Source: Octopus vulgaris (taxonomy: Eukaryota). From it: a stretch of 64,000 nucleotides of DNA. A program made the translations under genes and the position numbers. Location of the stretch: contig OX597814.1 in the NCBI GenBank assembly GCA_951406725.2, forward strand, positions 87,296,001 through 87,360,000, read 5' to 3'. Each line of letters starts with the position of its first letter. The stretch's first letter is position 1. A model generated the notes under the pieces. The model made no database searches and was not told the origin of the DNA. It worked only from the letters and a program-made list of their open reading frames with translations. Positions 12,831-26,166 of the stretch are shown here, one piece after another.

Positions 12831-13624
12831 ATACATACCCACATACATACATGCACGCATGCATGTATACATACATACTCACACACATACATACATACAT
12901 ACATACATACATACATACATACATACATACATACATACATACATACATAAGTGCATGCACATTCCCCTCCAGATAAGCGCGCACGCCGGAACACAAATAT
13001 ATTTTATTCTAACAGACAAGTTAAATAGCAGAAAGTAAATATATGCTTTTCAGTGTTCAGAAAATAGGGCCAAGCCTCATTAGTTAAAAAGTAATTGTAA
13101 GTGATAGGCCGTATAACAGTGAGCAAACACAATAACAAGAAAAGCTCAAAGGAACTCCTGACCCTACCGATTATACCTTTCGAAGTGGGTGGCCTTCAGG
13201 TCAAAAGGCAAACAAATGGTTACAAAACATACAATTGATTAAAGACAAGCTCAAAACAATAGAAATAAGTCGCTTGGAAATTTGTAAATGACGGATGTTG
13301 TGGGTTTAACAAGCAACTGGACTTACGCCATTTGCAACGTAACACGACACCAGAAACAGGAAATGCTAATAAATCATGAATTATGCTATATCGCATCGGA
13401 AATGAAGTTGTAACAAGGAGGATGGCAGTGGGAGGATGTTCCTTTAATCTAACAGCTGGGTTGTATCACCTTCCCCCAGATTATAACGGAAATCACAAGA
13501 GTTGGCATTGATTAATGGGTGGTCGTCCGCGCACTCTATTTCTTTCTCTCCGATTCTCTCCCATATGCACAGACACACACACATCAAACAAGAGTTCCCT
13601 CATTCCTCTATGAATATATACTCT

Positions 13625-13832
13625 CTTTTAAAACTCTTTTACTTGTTTCAATCATTTGACTGTGGCCATGCTGGAGCACTGCCTTTAGTCGAGCAAATCG
13701 ACCCCAGGATTTATTCTTTGTAAGCCTAGTACTTATTCTATCGGTATCTTTTGCCGAACCGCTAAGTTACGGGGACGTAAACACACCACCATCGGTTGTC
13801 AAGCGATATTGGTGGGGGGACAAACACAGACA

Positions 13833-13923
<91 letters not shown>

Positions 13924-14086
13924 GACGGGCTTCTTTCAGTTTCCGTCTACCAAATCCACTCACAAGGCTTTGGTCGGCTCAAGGCTATAGTAGAAGACAC
14001 TTTCCCAAGGTGCCACGCAGTGGGACTGAACCCGGAACCATGTGGTTTGTAAACAAGCTACTTACCACACAGCCACTCCTACGCCT
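13625..14086 (-). mobile_element. Full-length tRNA-derived SINE family A (CORE-like ACCTTGGGCAAGT, internal TA/CA microsatellite)
   Basis: Head AGGCGTAGGAGTGGCTGTGTGGTAAG...GGTTCAGTCCC; tail ...GAAACAAGTAAAAGAG; at least 8 related copies in the window. Confidence 0.9.
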
Positions 14087-14519
14087 AGTCTGGATAGAAT
14101 CCACATATCGGTTCCATTCTAGCAAAAACTGTCCGACGAACGGCAACGGGAAACTCAGAGTAACAGGTTTTGTTTAATTTTCTGCTGCTTTGAATAAAGT
14201 ATATATATATATATATATAAAACCCCAAAACCTTTTTCCTTTCTTTCAAGCGTTATACTAATCACACCTTTGTTAAAACTTGTCCTTCGCGTTGTGCATT
14301 TTTCTTGCTTTTGCTCATAACCCACCCCCTCTCACACACATACACTCACACGCACACACACACAAACACTTACACAAACACAATTCCAAGTTTATAAATT
14401 ACGAACCATGTTCGGTTAAGCAAAGTTACGAAAGCGGTTTCGTGCGTTCATGTTTTTCGAAGCAGAAAACATGTATAAACAATCGTCAGACATGGTTGGC
14501 CGGAAACTGGTGTTAGCGC

Positions 14520-15120
14520 TCTTTTGACTCACATGTGACTTTAGAGTATTCTTTAGAGTAACCCTTCTTCTTGTTCTTCATTCAAGATAAATAATGGGTT
14601 CCAAACAGAAGTCACGTGTTATTGAGTTCTTGGTGAATGAGGGATGCAAATTGTCCGACATTCATAGAAGGCTATATATATTGTTTACGGAGATGAAACC
14701 ACTGACACTATCTATAGGTAGATTAAGTTTAATGAAGGGGAACCCAGCATTGAATACGAATCAGTTAGTGGGAATCCATTTGCTGCGATCACTGACAGAT
14801 TTGCAAAGGTGTAGAAGAATTGATTCGCGGAGACAAATAAATCGTAACTGTTAGCTTATTGCACAACTCAACTGTGATCACAATTCATAAAAAGAATATG
14901 GTGGAAGACATTGGGTAACGAAAAGTATGTACAAAGTGGACACTTCGGCAGTGGACACTCGATTTAACGAGGAAAAGGGTGACAGTTTGCTTTGATCTGT
15001 TGAAAGCGTTTGAGGACAATAAAGACGAGGTTTTATCCTTTTTACCCAATCTGGTGACAGGGAATGAAGCATCTCCCTTCAAAAGATGTGAATTTAAAAC
15101 AAACATGATTCACTGGTGTC
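14520..15120 (+). mobile_element. Degenerate mariner transposase 5' half
   Basis: MGSKQKSRVIEFLVNEGCKLSDIHRRL N-terminal HTH pattern; further frameshifted remnants downstream. Confidence 0.65.
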
Positions 15121-15432
15121 TCAAAGTTCCTTACACCGGTGAATCACGCGTGTTCTGAAAACACATCATCCAAAGGGAAGTGTTCCTCGTGGACCAAAAA
15201 CAACATCCGTTAGACATTCACGTTTAAAGCTGCCAGAAAGTATCAAGGATGAATAGACGTTTTACACACACACACACATACACACACACACACAAATAAA
15301 TGAGGCTGTACGGTTAAGAAATTCTCTTTGCAGTTAGATGGTTTCAGATTCAATCCCACCGCGGAGCACCGTGGGCAAGTGTCTTCTACTATATCCTTAG
15401 GCCGATCAGTCGACCAATGTGAGTGAATTTGG

Positions 15433-15491
<59 letters not shown>

Positions 15492-15495
<4 letters not shown>

Positions 15496-16437
15496 CTTTT
15501 GGTCTGACCATCAGCATCAAGAAAACTGAGCTTGTCCATCAGTCCATTTGTGACCATCTTTCCGTTGTTGCCCTTACGGTATATGTTGATGTGAGAGCAT
15601 TAAAAACTGTTTTCTATTTCATTTATCTTGGTTCCATTGTGTCCAATGATGCGAAGATGTCTAAAGGAATCGAATCCAGAACCGGGAAGGCTAGCTCCAC
15701 TTTCGGTAAGCTTTATTACAGGCTATAGAACAGCCACGAGGTATCGTTGAAGGTGAGAGTTAATGTATATAATTCGGTGGTCTTGAAAACATTGCTCTAT
15801 GGTGCTGAGTCTTGGACTTTGTACCGAAAGCACATCAATCAGATTGACGCGTTTCATATGCGATGCTTGCGTACTATCTCCAACATAAAACCGAGTGACC
15901 ATTCATAAGAGTAAGGTATTAACAAAATGAAACATATCATGTATTGAAGCCATCCTCATCAAAATACAGCTTAGATGGTCAGGTCATCTCTCACGTATGA
16001 GTGATATAGAATTCCGAAGCAACTTCTCTTTGGCCAATTCCCAACAGGAAGATCACTCTTGTGCTTCAAAGACAAACTAAAAGACAATCTGAAACGATGC
16101 AACATTCCCTTTTCTTTCTTGGAAAACAAAGCATCAGAACGCAGGACCTGGTGCCTGTCCTGCTTCTCCTCAGTTCAAAAGTTTGAGCACCAGGATCAAC
16201 TTCGTGCAAGAATAAGGGCACACTGGCAAAACTACGCACCTCTAAATGGAAACCCTATTTGTCATTGTGGCTTTGTGGCACGAAGCAAAACAGGCCTAGC
16301 CGTCCACTCAAGAAAACATTTAGCAAATAATCCACAAGCACTCAAACAAACATAGTCCTCAACTTCTTCCCTTTGCTGAAAGGTTTGCAAGGCACCGGTA
16401 GGCTTCAAGAGACACATTCGTGTCCATAGAACATGAT
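15492..16437 (+). mobile_element. RTE-clade LINE, 3' part (RT C-terminus plus C2H2-like fingers)
   Basis: FGLTISIKKTE...FIYLGSIVS...GKASSTFGKL...LLYGAESWTLY...QLRWSGH...CHCGFVARSKTGLAVHSRKH; contains stops and frameshifts. Confidence 0.88.
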
Positions 16438-16977
16438 CAATGCTTTATTTTACTTAATCCTCATTTATCGTTCACAAGAGAATCCATCACATCACACACA
16501 TACGCGCGCGCGCACTCACGCGTGTTTGTGTGTGTTGTGTGTATGTATACCTGTATGTGTCTGTGTCACATCGCTTGATAAGTGATGTTAATTTACATCC
16601 TCATAACTTGGAAGTTTAGAGTTTCAGAAGACTGATCAGTCACTAGACTTGAAAATGGTGCCCCAAATATCTAAATCTGTCTGTCTGTCTGTCCGTTCGT
16701 CCATCTGTCTGACTGACTGTATGTATGTATGTATGTATGTATGTATGTATGTATGTATGTATGTATTCGTGTCTTGTGCGTGCTTTGCTAACTTCCTTTT
16801 ATGAAGTAAAGAGTGTAATTATGTTATCGAGGCCTGAAATGATTTGTCACCCGCCCACTAGGCAATTAGCGGTTTAATTAAGAAATGCAACGATATTAAG
16901 TTACTTTGTTTATACACGTTGTTTATAAAATAATTGGAGGTCTTCACCTTTATACACCTTTATACCATAACTTTACT

Positions 16978-17049
<72 letters not shown>

Positions 17050-17061
17050 AATATATATATT

Positions 17062-17502
17062 GTGTGGTAAGTTGTGCTTCCCAACTACATGTCCCTAGGT
17101 TCGGTCCCACAGCATGGTACCTTGGTTAAGTGTCTTCTACTATAACCTCGAGCCGACCAAAGCCTTATGAGTGGATTTGGTAGACGGAAACTGAAAGAAG
17201 CCAGTCGTATATATATATGTATGTGTGTGTATGTGTGTGTGCGTGTGTGTATGTGCATACATATGTATATATATTTATATGTATGGCTTTGTGTCTGTGT
17301 TTGTCCTCCTATCATCGCTCGACAACCGATGTTGGTGTGTTTACGTCCCCGTACCTTAGTGGTTCGGCAAAAGAAACCGATAGAATAAGTACTAGGCTTA
17401 CAAAGAATAAGTCCTGGGATCGATTTCTTCGACTAAACTCCTTTAAGGCGGTGCTCCAGCATGTCTGCAGTCAATTGACTGAAACAAGTAAAAGAATAAA
17501 AG

Positions 17503-17505
<3 letters not shown>
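17062..17505 (+). mobile_element. SINE family A
   Basis: Reverse-complement homologue of 13625-14086; (TA)n on both sides. Confidence 0.88.
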
Positions 17506-17551
<46 letters not shown>

Positions 17552-18313
17552 ATCCGGGGAGAGTCATTCTCTTTTAGTGTCTTATTATTTAAGACACTCA
17601 CCGGTTTAATTTCCATTCATTTACTTACTAACTTTTCTAAAATTTTCGTTGTGTCTTGCAACCTTATTCAATAGTCGTTAGCTCTGTTCGTTATCCGAGC
17701 AGCGTTCCTTTTTGTTTGTGTGGGTCAGTGTGCGTGCGCACACACATATGTATGCATGTATGTTTGTGTGAGTATGCATGTTTGTGTGTGTGTGTGCATA
17801 TGCATATATGTGTATGTGTGTACATTTGTATGTATGTATTCTGTATATTCATGTGTTTATGTGTTCGAGTTTGTGTGTTTGTTTGCATGTGTGTGTGTAT
17901 GTGCATGCGTATGTATGTGCATGCGTGTGTATGCATATATGTGTGTTTGCATGTGTGTGTGTGTGTGTGTAACTCTGTCTCCTTGTGTGTGCATGTCTGT
18001 GTGTGTCTGTGTATGGGTTTTTGTGACTATTATGTTATGTCTGTTATGTACGGATGTGTGTCTCCATATGTGTCCTTGTGTGAAGTGAAGTGTGTGTGTG
18101 AGTGTATGTATTTGGTATGTGTGTATGTATGCTTGTCTGTTCATATTACCTATGTACCTTTTATCTGTATGGCTATCTGTTTACATTCATATCCATTTAC
18201 CTACATACATATGCATGTACATATACGCATACATATACGTATATGCATATACATATATACACATACACGCACACACATTAATCTACATAACAGCCTACTA
18301 ACTATTTTACTTG

Positions 18314-18356
<43 letters not shown>

Positions 18357-18361
<5 letters not shown>

Positions 18362-18572
18362 AGTACTGGGGATGTTTCATTTATGAGAACGTACTCCTGT
18401 ATGTGTCTGAGAGTTGAGTCCTTTGGGTGCTTGGATAAAATGAGGATGTCAAGTTGACCCAGGTTGCCTCCATGTTAGTCTTTAGCATGTTGGTAGAGTA
18501 TCGAGGACTGTTATTATCTCAAATGTTCATTCAGTCTTTCCGCAATGCTCCTAGATGTCTCACCTATGTATA
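18357..18572 (-). mobile_element. Penelope-like element fragment (GIY-YIG endonuclease)
   Basis: YIGETSRSIAERLNEHLR**QSSILYQHAKD*HGG...LRHIQEYVLINETSPVLNS translated by hand. Confidence 0.8.
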
Positions 18573-18574
18573 TC

Positions 18575-21130
18575 ATGGTAACAAAGCGACCACTCGGTCT
18601 CTGATAGATCAACAGGGGTGTGATTTATTCGAGCCCGAAAGGATGTGTGAGGCCTTTCAGCAAACTTTATCTGACTGTTCGGGACAAGTGGTGGGTCGGA
18701 ACGCAGGATAGACTTTAGTGCCTACCCGCAAGGCCTACCACGACTCTCGGCAAGAGAAGCGGAGTGTTGTGAAGGTTCCATCACAGCCGCTGATATACGG
18801 AAAGCGATGGCAGGCTGCACGAGAGACAAGTCGCTGGACTTGGGCGGTCTGCCCTACGAGCTTTATTGTCATATGCCAGACTTGTTTGGGGATCTCTTAG
18901 CAACAATGTACTGCAACAGGCAGGAAAACGGGAGTATTCCCAGTTTTGTGAACCGAGGATCGGTGACACTGCTAAAGAAGTATAGATAATTTCTGGCCCA
19001 TCACTCTGCTCAACGCAGATTTGAAAATTTTGGCCACAGTGCTAGCCGAGAGGTTGGTGCTTGTCATCGGGAAACTGGTCGTCAAGACGCAAACATGCGC
19101 CATGCCGGGCAGAACTATCCGTGACAACCTCCACCTCATGCGCAACATCATGGACAGGGTAGTTAAGGAACCTGGCATGGGTGGGGTGCTGATCAATTTA
19201 GATCAATCTAAAGCCTTCGATAGAGTCGACCATCGATACTTGGCGGCTGTCTTCAAGGCAGCTGGTTTCGGTCCCGTCTTCCACGGTTGGATCGCTACTT
19301 TATACAGCGCCATCTGCTTGGTAGTTCGAGTGAATGGCCATCTATTCAAACCTTTCAACATCACGCGTTCGGCCCGTCAGGAATGTCTCCTCTCGTCACT
19401 TTTGTATGTATTGACTCTTGAGCTACTACAGCGGAAGCTGGTGACGCTGAGGGCATCTCGCGAGAACTGGGATGCGGGAGGAACGTGTCTGCATACGCGT
19501 CATAGTGCGTCGCCGTCATAGTGCCAAGTCTCAGGCACAGTGACCTGGTCGGCGAGACACTAAGAGAATACAAATCGGTAACGGGAGCAAAAATTAACCG
19601 GGAAAAGTCAGTGGGTTTGCGGCTTGGCACCTGGAGAAGCAAGGCCATGCCGTCCAACAGCGTCTCGACCGTGAGACGCTGGACCGACTGACCGGTTAAA
19701 TAGCTCTCCCTGTCTGGTTCGGTCCAGACCTCCAAATAGAGAAGAACTGGGACGAAATTACGAGTGGAGTGGTCACCCTCACCTAGCTATCTTTAAAAGA
19801 TTGGGCTGAGGTAGCGAATGCGCACATCGCATCAGTCATCTACTACCGTCAGACGATCATACTTTGTCCCGACCCTACCATCATGAAACTGGAACACATA
19901 CTCTTCCGCTTTTTGTGGAAGGGAAGCATTCCGATAGTCAGGCGATCCATTTGTTGTCAACATCCGTTAAATTTAAGGCTTCGTATGCCGTGGTTAATGA
20001 TGCGCAGACATGCGCTGAGACTGCGACATCTCCAATATTTCATTGACGACGGTGAACAGGTGTGGTCGCCGTTTGTGAGACGCGCCTTCCCGCAGCTCGT
20101 CTCTTTGACCGAACTGCAATCATGGATCAAGCAGAGACTGAGACTGGGCGAATGGCACCGCGTCGCCAAGCTCTGGAGCAGCTTTGCTGTCCGCGCTCAG
20201 ACTTGTGCAACTTCAAATCCACCAAGGCATTCTATAGAGGACTAGTGGAGGGGAGGTCCGATGTCGTTCTTGGGGAGAATCTGGGCGTCGACAGGAAATA
20301 CCTGACCTGCCTCTTGAGGACCACTTTCGGGCCGGGACCTATGGACAATTTCCAGAGATCCCTGGCCTGGAAGTGCTATCGGGAAGCATTGCCCGCTCAA
20401 GAGACGGTCTAAAGACACGGTTCAAGAAACACCCAATCAACCTGCCCGAGATGCGGTCAGAACGACGAAGCTGTTCTGCACACACTCGTGCAATGTCCAC
20501 ATATTTCAGAGCTGTGGACCTATGTCGAACGGCTGCTGTCGCATGTGGGGCGGATCCGTTTGTCAGCCGAGTCTGTCGTGAATATTGTCCCGCCACCTTT
20601 CTTTAACCGGGAGGCAAGGCAGTTTTCGTCGTACTGGTGGCTATGGCGAAAGAATATGAGTGAACTCATTTGAAAGGTTCAGAGACAAATACTTTCTTCT
20701 CTGGCCAATCTCTCATCAACTTTTTCGAGCATCACTTGAAAAGGAAGGTAAGATTAGAGACGGAAGTTTTGTCTAATAAAAGATTTAATAAAAGGTGGAT
20801 GGATGTCACAAAAATGGTACACATTAATGACGGAATCACTTTGAGCATTAACCTGTAAAACAAACAGATAGAGGACACTTTGCCTTCATAGATTTTTCCT
20901 TTTGACGAGGTTACCGTGGTTATTTTTCGTATGTTTTTCTTTCAACGGATAACTCTAGCCAGTGTTATATTTTCTCCCCCTTTTGGGAATTCAAATTGTT
21001 AAAAAGACGTCACCTTCTTATCTATTTGTGTATACGTCCCCAAATTGTTTTCTTTTCGATTTCTTTCGAAAAAGAAAAATTCTACATCGTACTGTTCCCT
21101 CTGTGTTAAGCCCTGTGTAGTTAAATAAAA
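18575..21130 (+). mobile_element. Tx1/L1-clade LINE, 5'-truncated and degenerate ORF2
   Basis: PITLLNADLKILA...QTCAMPGRTIRDNL...LDQSKAFDRVDH...RQECLLSSLLYVL...INREKS; C-terminal CCHC remnant; 3' UTR ending AATAAAA then (TC)n/(TATC)n. Confidence 0.92.
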
Positions 21131-21496
<366 letters not shown>

Positions 21497-21884
21497 CCAT
21501 CTTTCTATACTCTCTCTCTCTCTCTCCCTCCTTCTCTCCAAGGCAACGCCCCAGTTCACAATGTGCATGTTGTCCAGAAAAAAAGCACTCTCCTGTGGCT
21601 ATGAACACCACTCGTAAATTAGAAGGAAAGAATGAACAGGCAAAACACGTGGTATCTCTTTAGATCATGGAATTTATAACTCAAACATAATTACGGAGTT
21701 GTTAAAGTAAATAAGGGATTAAGAAGTTGTGCATAACATCTCTTACAGCTGTTACTAGAACAGCTGTGCATATGGTGCATATCTCATTCAGCAAAAATTT
21801 CCATATGAAAGCCAGCTATTCTGTCTTCACTCTCCATTCAACAATGTAACTGGTAACTACTAATATCCTTTATTAAGGACATTC

Positions 21885-22088
21885 TCTCTCTTTTACTCTC
21901 TCTCTTTTACTTGTTTCAGTCATTTGACTGCGGCCATGCTGGAGCACCGCCTTTAGTCGAGCAAATCGACCCCGGGACTTATTCTTTGTAAGCCCAGTAC
22001 TTATTCTATCGGTCTCTTTTGCCGAACCGCTAAGTGACGGGGACGTAAACACACCAGCATCGGTTGTCAAGCAATGCTAGGGGGACAA

Positions 22089-22153
<65 letters not shown>

Positions 22154-22345
22154 TACATATATACGACAGGCTTCTTTCAGTTTCCCTCTACCAAATCCAC
22201 TCACAAAGCATTGGTCAACCCGGGGCTATAGCAGAAGACACTTGCCCAAGATGCCACGCAGTGGGACTGAACCCGGAACCATGTGGTTGGTTAGCAAGCT
22301 ACTTACCCCACAGCCACTCCAGCGCCTATACCCACTCCTGCGCCT
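21885..22345 (-). mobile_element. SINE family A, full length
   Basis: Homologous to 13625-14086; the 5'-most ~17 bp (CCACTCCxGCGCCTATA) is tandemly duplicated. Confidence 0.9.
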
Positions 22346-22997
22346 ATATTCCTTAATTCTTCCTCCCTGACGACAAAATAGTTGGCGGTTATATGGAAGT
22401 CTTTGCTCATTGAGATATGCACTATATGCACAAAGACTATGTGCACAACTTAATCCCTTATTTGCTCTAATAATTCTATATATTTATCTTTTCTGCCACA
22501 CAAATTGTATGAACATTTGTAATATTTTTCAACAAGCAAATACCACACCACAGATAACCTTCCCTGACTATGGTACTTTCTGTGCCATTTACAATAACTG
22601 ATATGCTTTTCATCAATGATTCATTTGACTCAAAGCTGATTAGCAAAAGAGGAGCTGTTCAGAATGTCAATTCCAAGAAGAATTATTGACAAATATAAAT
22701 GAACTTCCTATTATTGTAAACTGAAACGTTCGGTATGGTATGCCAAGAATACATTAAATTCTTGGAAAGGCAGAATGCAGCACATTTACAAGAAATATAG
22801 AAATATAGATTGAAGTGAATTCAATTAGCTGTCTTGAATCTCCCTCTTACAGAAAGAGCATGCTACAGACGAAATAAATCATTTATATCATTTGGTTCTG
22901 GGATGCACAGAAAGAATAAAATAAGAAATTAATATCTCTATTTTATTGACTGTCGCATGTCTGAAGGGTGATTTGCATTACTTATGTGTTATCTATG

Positions 22998-23036
<39 letters not shown>

Positions 23037-23164
23037 GTGTGTAATAACTAAATTATATATTATGCACTTTATTTCTAGCAAATTGAGAAATCATGTTGTG
23101 GCTCTCTCATTTACTTGTACATAGCTGTTTATAGTGGTTGCTTATTAGTGGTGTTACAACTTAC

Positions 23165-23266
23165 GTGTATCAATTTGATGTCTCGCCCTTCTGACGAACG
23201 GCCAATGTTGAAGACGCGACAATAGTATTTAGTCTTAGAGCACGTAGTTTCCAGGAATTTGTAGAT
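23165..23266 (-). CDS. M14A carboxypeptidase exon (catalytic domain N-terminus)
   Basis: tttcag|IYKFLETTCSKTKYYCRVFNIGRSSEGRDIKLIH|gtaagt; 102 bp, phase 0->0; conserved IG-x-S-x-EGR motif. Confidence 0.93.
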
Positions 23267-24894
23267 CTGAAAGAAGAAAACACAACATATATCAATAATA
23301 ATTCCTGATTTAGACAAAAAGTCAGCTATTTAGAGCGAAGTTGGGTTAGTCGATTCCATCGAGCCCCGTACTATTTGAACTGCATATTGAAATCGACCTG
23401 CAATTCCGGTTTGATGACAATGTACTGCTTACGTTACATGTTAAACTAAACATTGATTTATTTATCATTTGGCACAACAGCCAAATACTTTAGAGGACAA
23501 GTGAGATAGAATATAATGATTTCATGCCTCACCCTTTTCCAACATCCTTCGCTTATCTGGATTATCAACCAACACCTTCAAAATAATCTCAGTTTATTAA
23601 ATGGAACAAAATATTGATTCATTTTTATGTACAATACAAACATTTGTACGGGACAGAATGACCCTCGACCATACAGTGCTTATATTAAAAAAGCCCAAAA
23701 GGATGAATTGTAATATTTGATCCGGCAGGATTTTAATATAACACATCAAGGAACGAAGTCAAACACTGGAAGGCATCAAACCTGACTATCTTTTTGCTAA
23801 CATTATGGCCTTAAACATAGAATATTGAACACTATCATCTGTAAACTGGTTGCTGTCAGTCTCAAGTTTTACTGTGTTTGCTTTTCTGTATGCAAGGTGC
23901 AGTTGAAAAATGTAAATAACTTTTTAAGTCAAGGACATTAAACGAAAGTTGGCACACTTTGTAACTTACTCATCACTATTTTCACAACCATCATTCATCC
24001 GGTCTGAAGTCGAATGATTTTGATTTAACATTTACAATCATCATCATCGTCATTACCATAACCACGATTTTCAAATTTCGTTTTTTGCATTTCTTGCAAT
24101 AAATTCATGCAATTGGCCCTATAATATTTGATAATATTTTTTATATTCGTTTCACCAGACCTATTCTATATTAACAAAAATATTATTGAAATTAACGCCA
24201 TTAAACCTTTCAGACACAACCTTAAACGTTATTGAAACTTATTCCTCTATAATTTATACTAGTCCCTACAGACCTGCCACTTAATACGAAAGACGTGATC
24301 AAAATAGTTATCACTAGATATGTTACATATCAATGTAACACCTTTTAAAACTCATCTCATAAATCCTGTCAACAGCACTATCATATGTATGCACATGTAC
24401 ATTGATCCACCTGTACATCACATGCAGATCTTATCTCAGTTTTCTATATTAATATTCAAACCAGATATATACCTAACAGCAACTAACTTGCATACGGAAA
24501 ACAATCAGATGTGAATTCTAGCGCAGGAAATTATCTGATGGGTCAACGAAGAAAGCTAGCATGTAGTCAGGAACTCCTTAAATTGGTGAATACCAGGGAT
24601 TTATTTTTTTTGAATACTTTTGAATTTATCGTATTTTTCAGAGAGAAAAGCGCTATTAAATTCCCGTAATAAGTCTCAAAAAATTATCATACATACTATA
24701 GGACGAAAGTTATAATCTTTTAGGACACACAATTAACTTTATAAGAGGAGTATCTATGTTAGTCTTACAGTGTGTCTGTCTACAGAAGTAAAGGAATAAA
24801 TGCAGACTATAAATGATCAGGATCTATATATCAATAAGCTATTAATGAACTATCTTGAAAAGGTATTTGAAAGTACTGAAAGCTTGTTTATATA

Positions 24895-25414
24895 TCTTTA
24901 TATTATAAATCTGAAATGCGAAAAGTTGTTTGTTTGTCTGGTTTTGGCATTGAGAACGAGTTTATTATGAGAAAGGCCACTAGATCCCGTCGGATTGACT
25001 CCAAAATTTACAGGGACATGTAAAATGAGGTGAGGATGTTAGTGGGCTAGGTTAGAAATCCCCATCTTAAAAGGTGTCGTTGCTAGGGCCAAAAACTCAC
25101 TTTGACAAGTCTACTCTCATTCTTTTATGTATCTGTCTTTCTCCGTCACTCACTCTCTTTCCTCCCTTCCCATCACTTTCTATATATAACGTCGTTTCAT
25201 GGCGTCTAACTCCCTTACCTTCACTTTCTCTTTATAACGTTGTGTCACGGCGTTCTATATCTCCCCCCTCCCCGCCTTCGACAGCGCTTTCACACACACA
25301 CTCTCTCTCTCTACGTCTGTCTGCATTCATAGAGAGAATTATCATCGACACTACCACCACCACCACACAATCATGAGAACAAATATTATGAATCAGATAT
25401 TTATTGGGTTAATT

Positions 25415-25486
<72 letters not shown>

Positions 25487-25797
25487 CTATATATAAATAT
25501 GTATATATAATGTATATATACAAAGTGTATATATATGTATTTATGTATATTAAACTTTTTAATACTTTTTTATAGTTATATATATTTTTAAAAAATTATA
25601 AATATAAATTAATAATTTTAATTTTAAATTTAAATAATTTCAATTTTTCAATTTTATATTTTATATATTTTGTATATTATATTTTTATTTTTATGTTTTA
25701 GTTTATGTTTTCACTGTTTGATTTGCCTATTAGTGGTTTTATCTCTAATTTATACATATATATTTATAATTTGTATACATTTGTATATATAATGCGT

Positions 25798-25869
<72 letters not shown>

Positions 25870-26127
25870 CACTTTGACCGGGGTCTGGGAAGCCAGGAGG
25901 CTGCACCAGGCTCCAGTCTGATCTGGCAGTGTTTCTACAGGTGGATGCCCTTCCTAACGCCAACCAATCTGTGAGTGTATTGGGTGCTTTTTTCGTACCG
26001 CCGGCACAGGTGACAGGGGGGGTTGGCAGCGGCCACGATCGGTTGGTGCTTTTACGTGCTGAAAGGAAGCAACAGAAAGTAACAACCACACTCTTACCCG
26101 CGCGTAGAGCGGGTCACTTTAAGCTAG
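24895..26127 (+). mobile_element. Non-autonomous Helitron with nested microsatellites and a retroposon fragment
   Basis: 5' a|TCTTTATATTATAAA...GTTTGTTTGTC; 3' hairpin ACCCGC-GCGTAGA-GCGGGT then CTAG|t; no TSD. Confidence 0.65.
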
Positions 26128-26166
26128 TATATATATATATATATATATATATACAACTTATACAAC

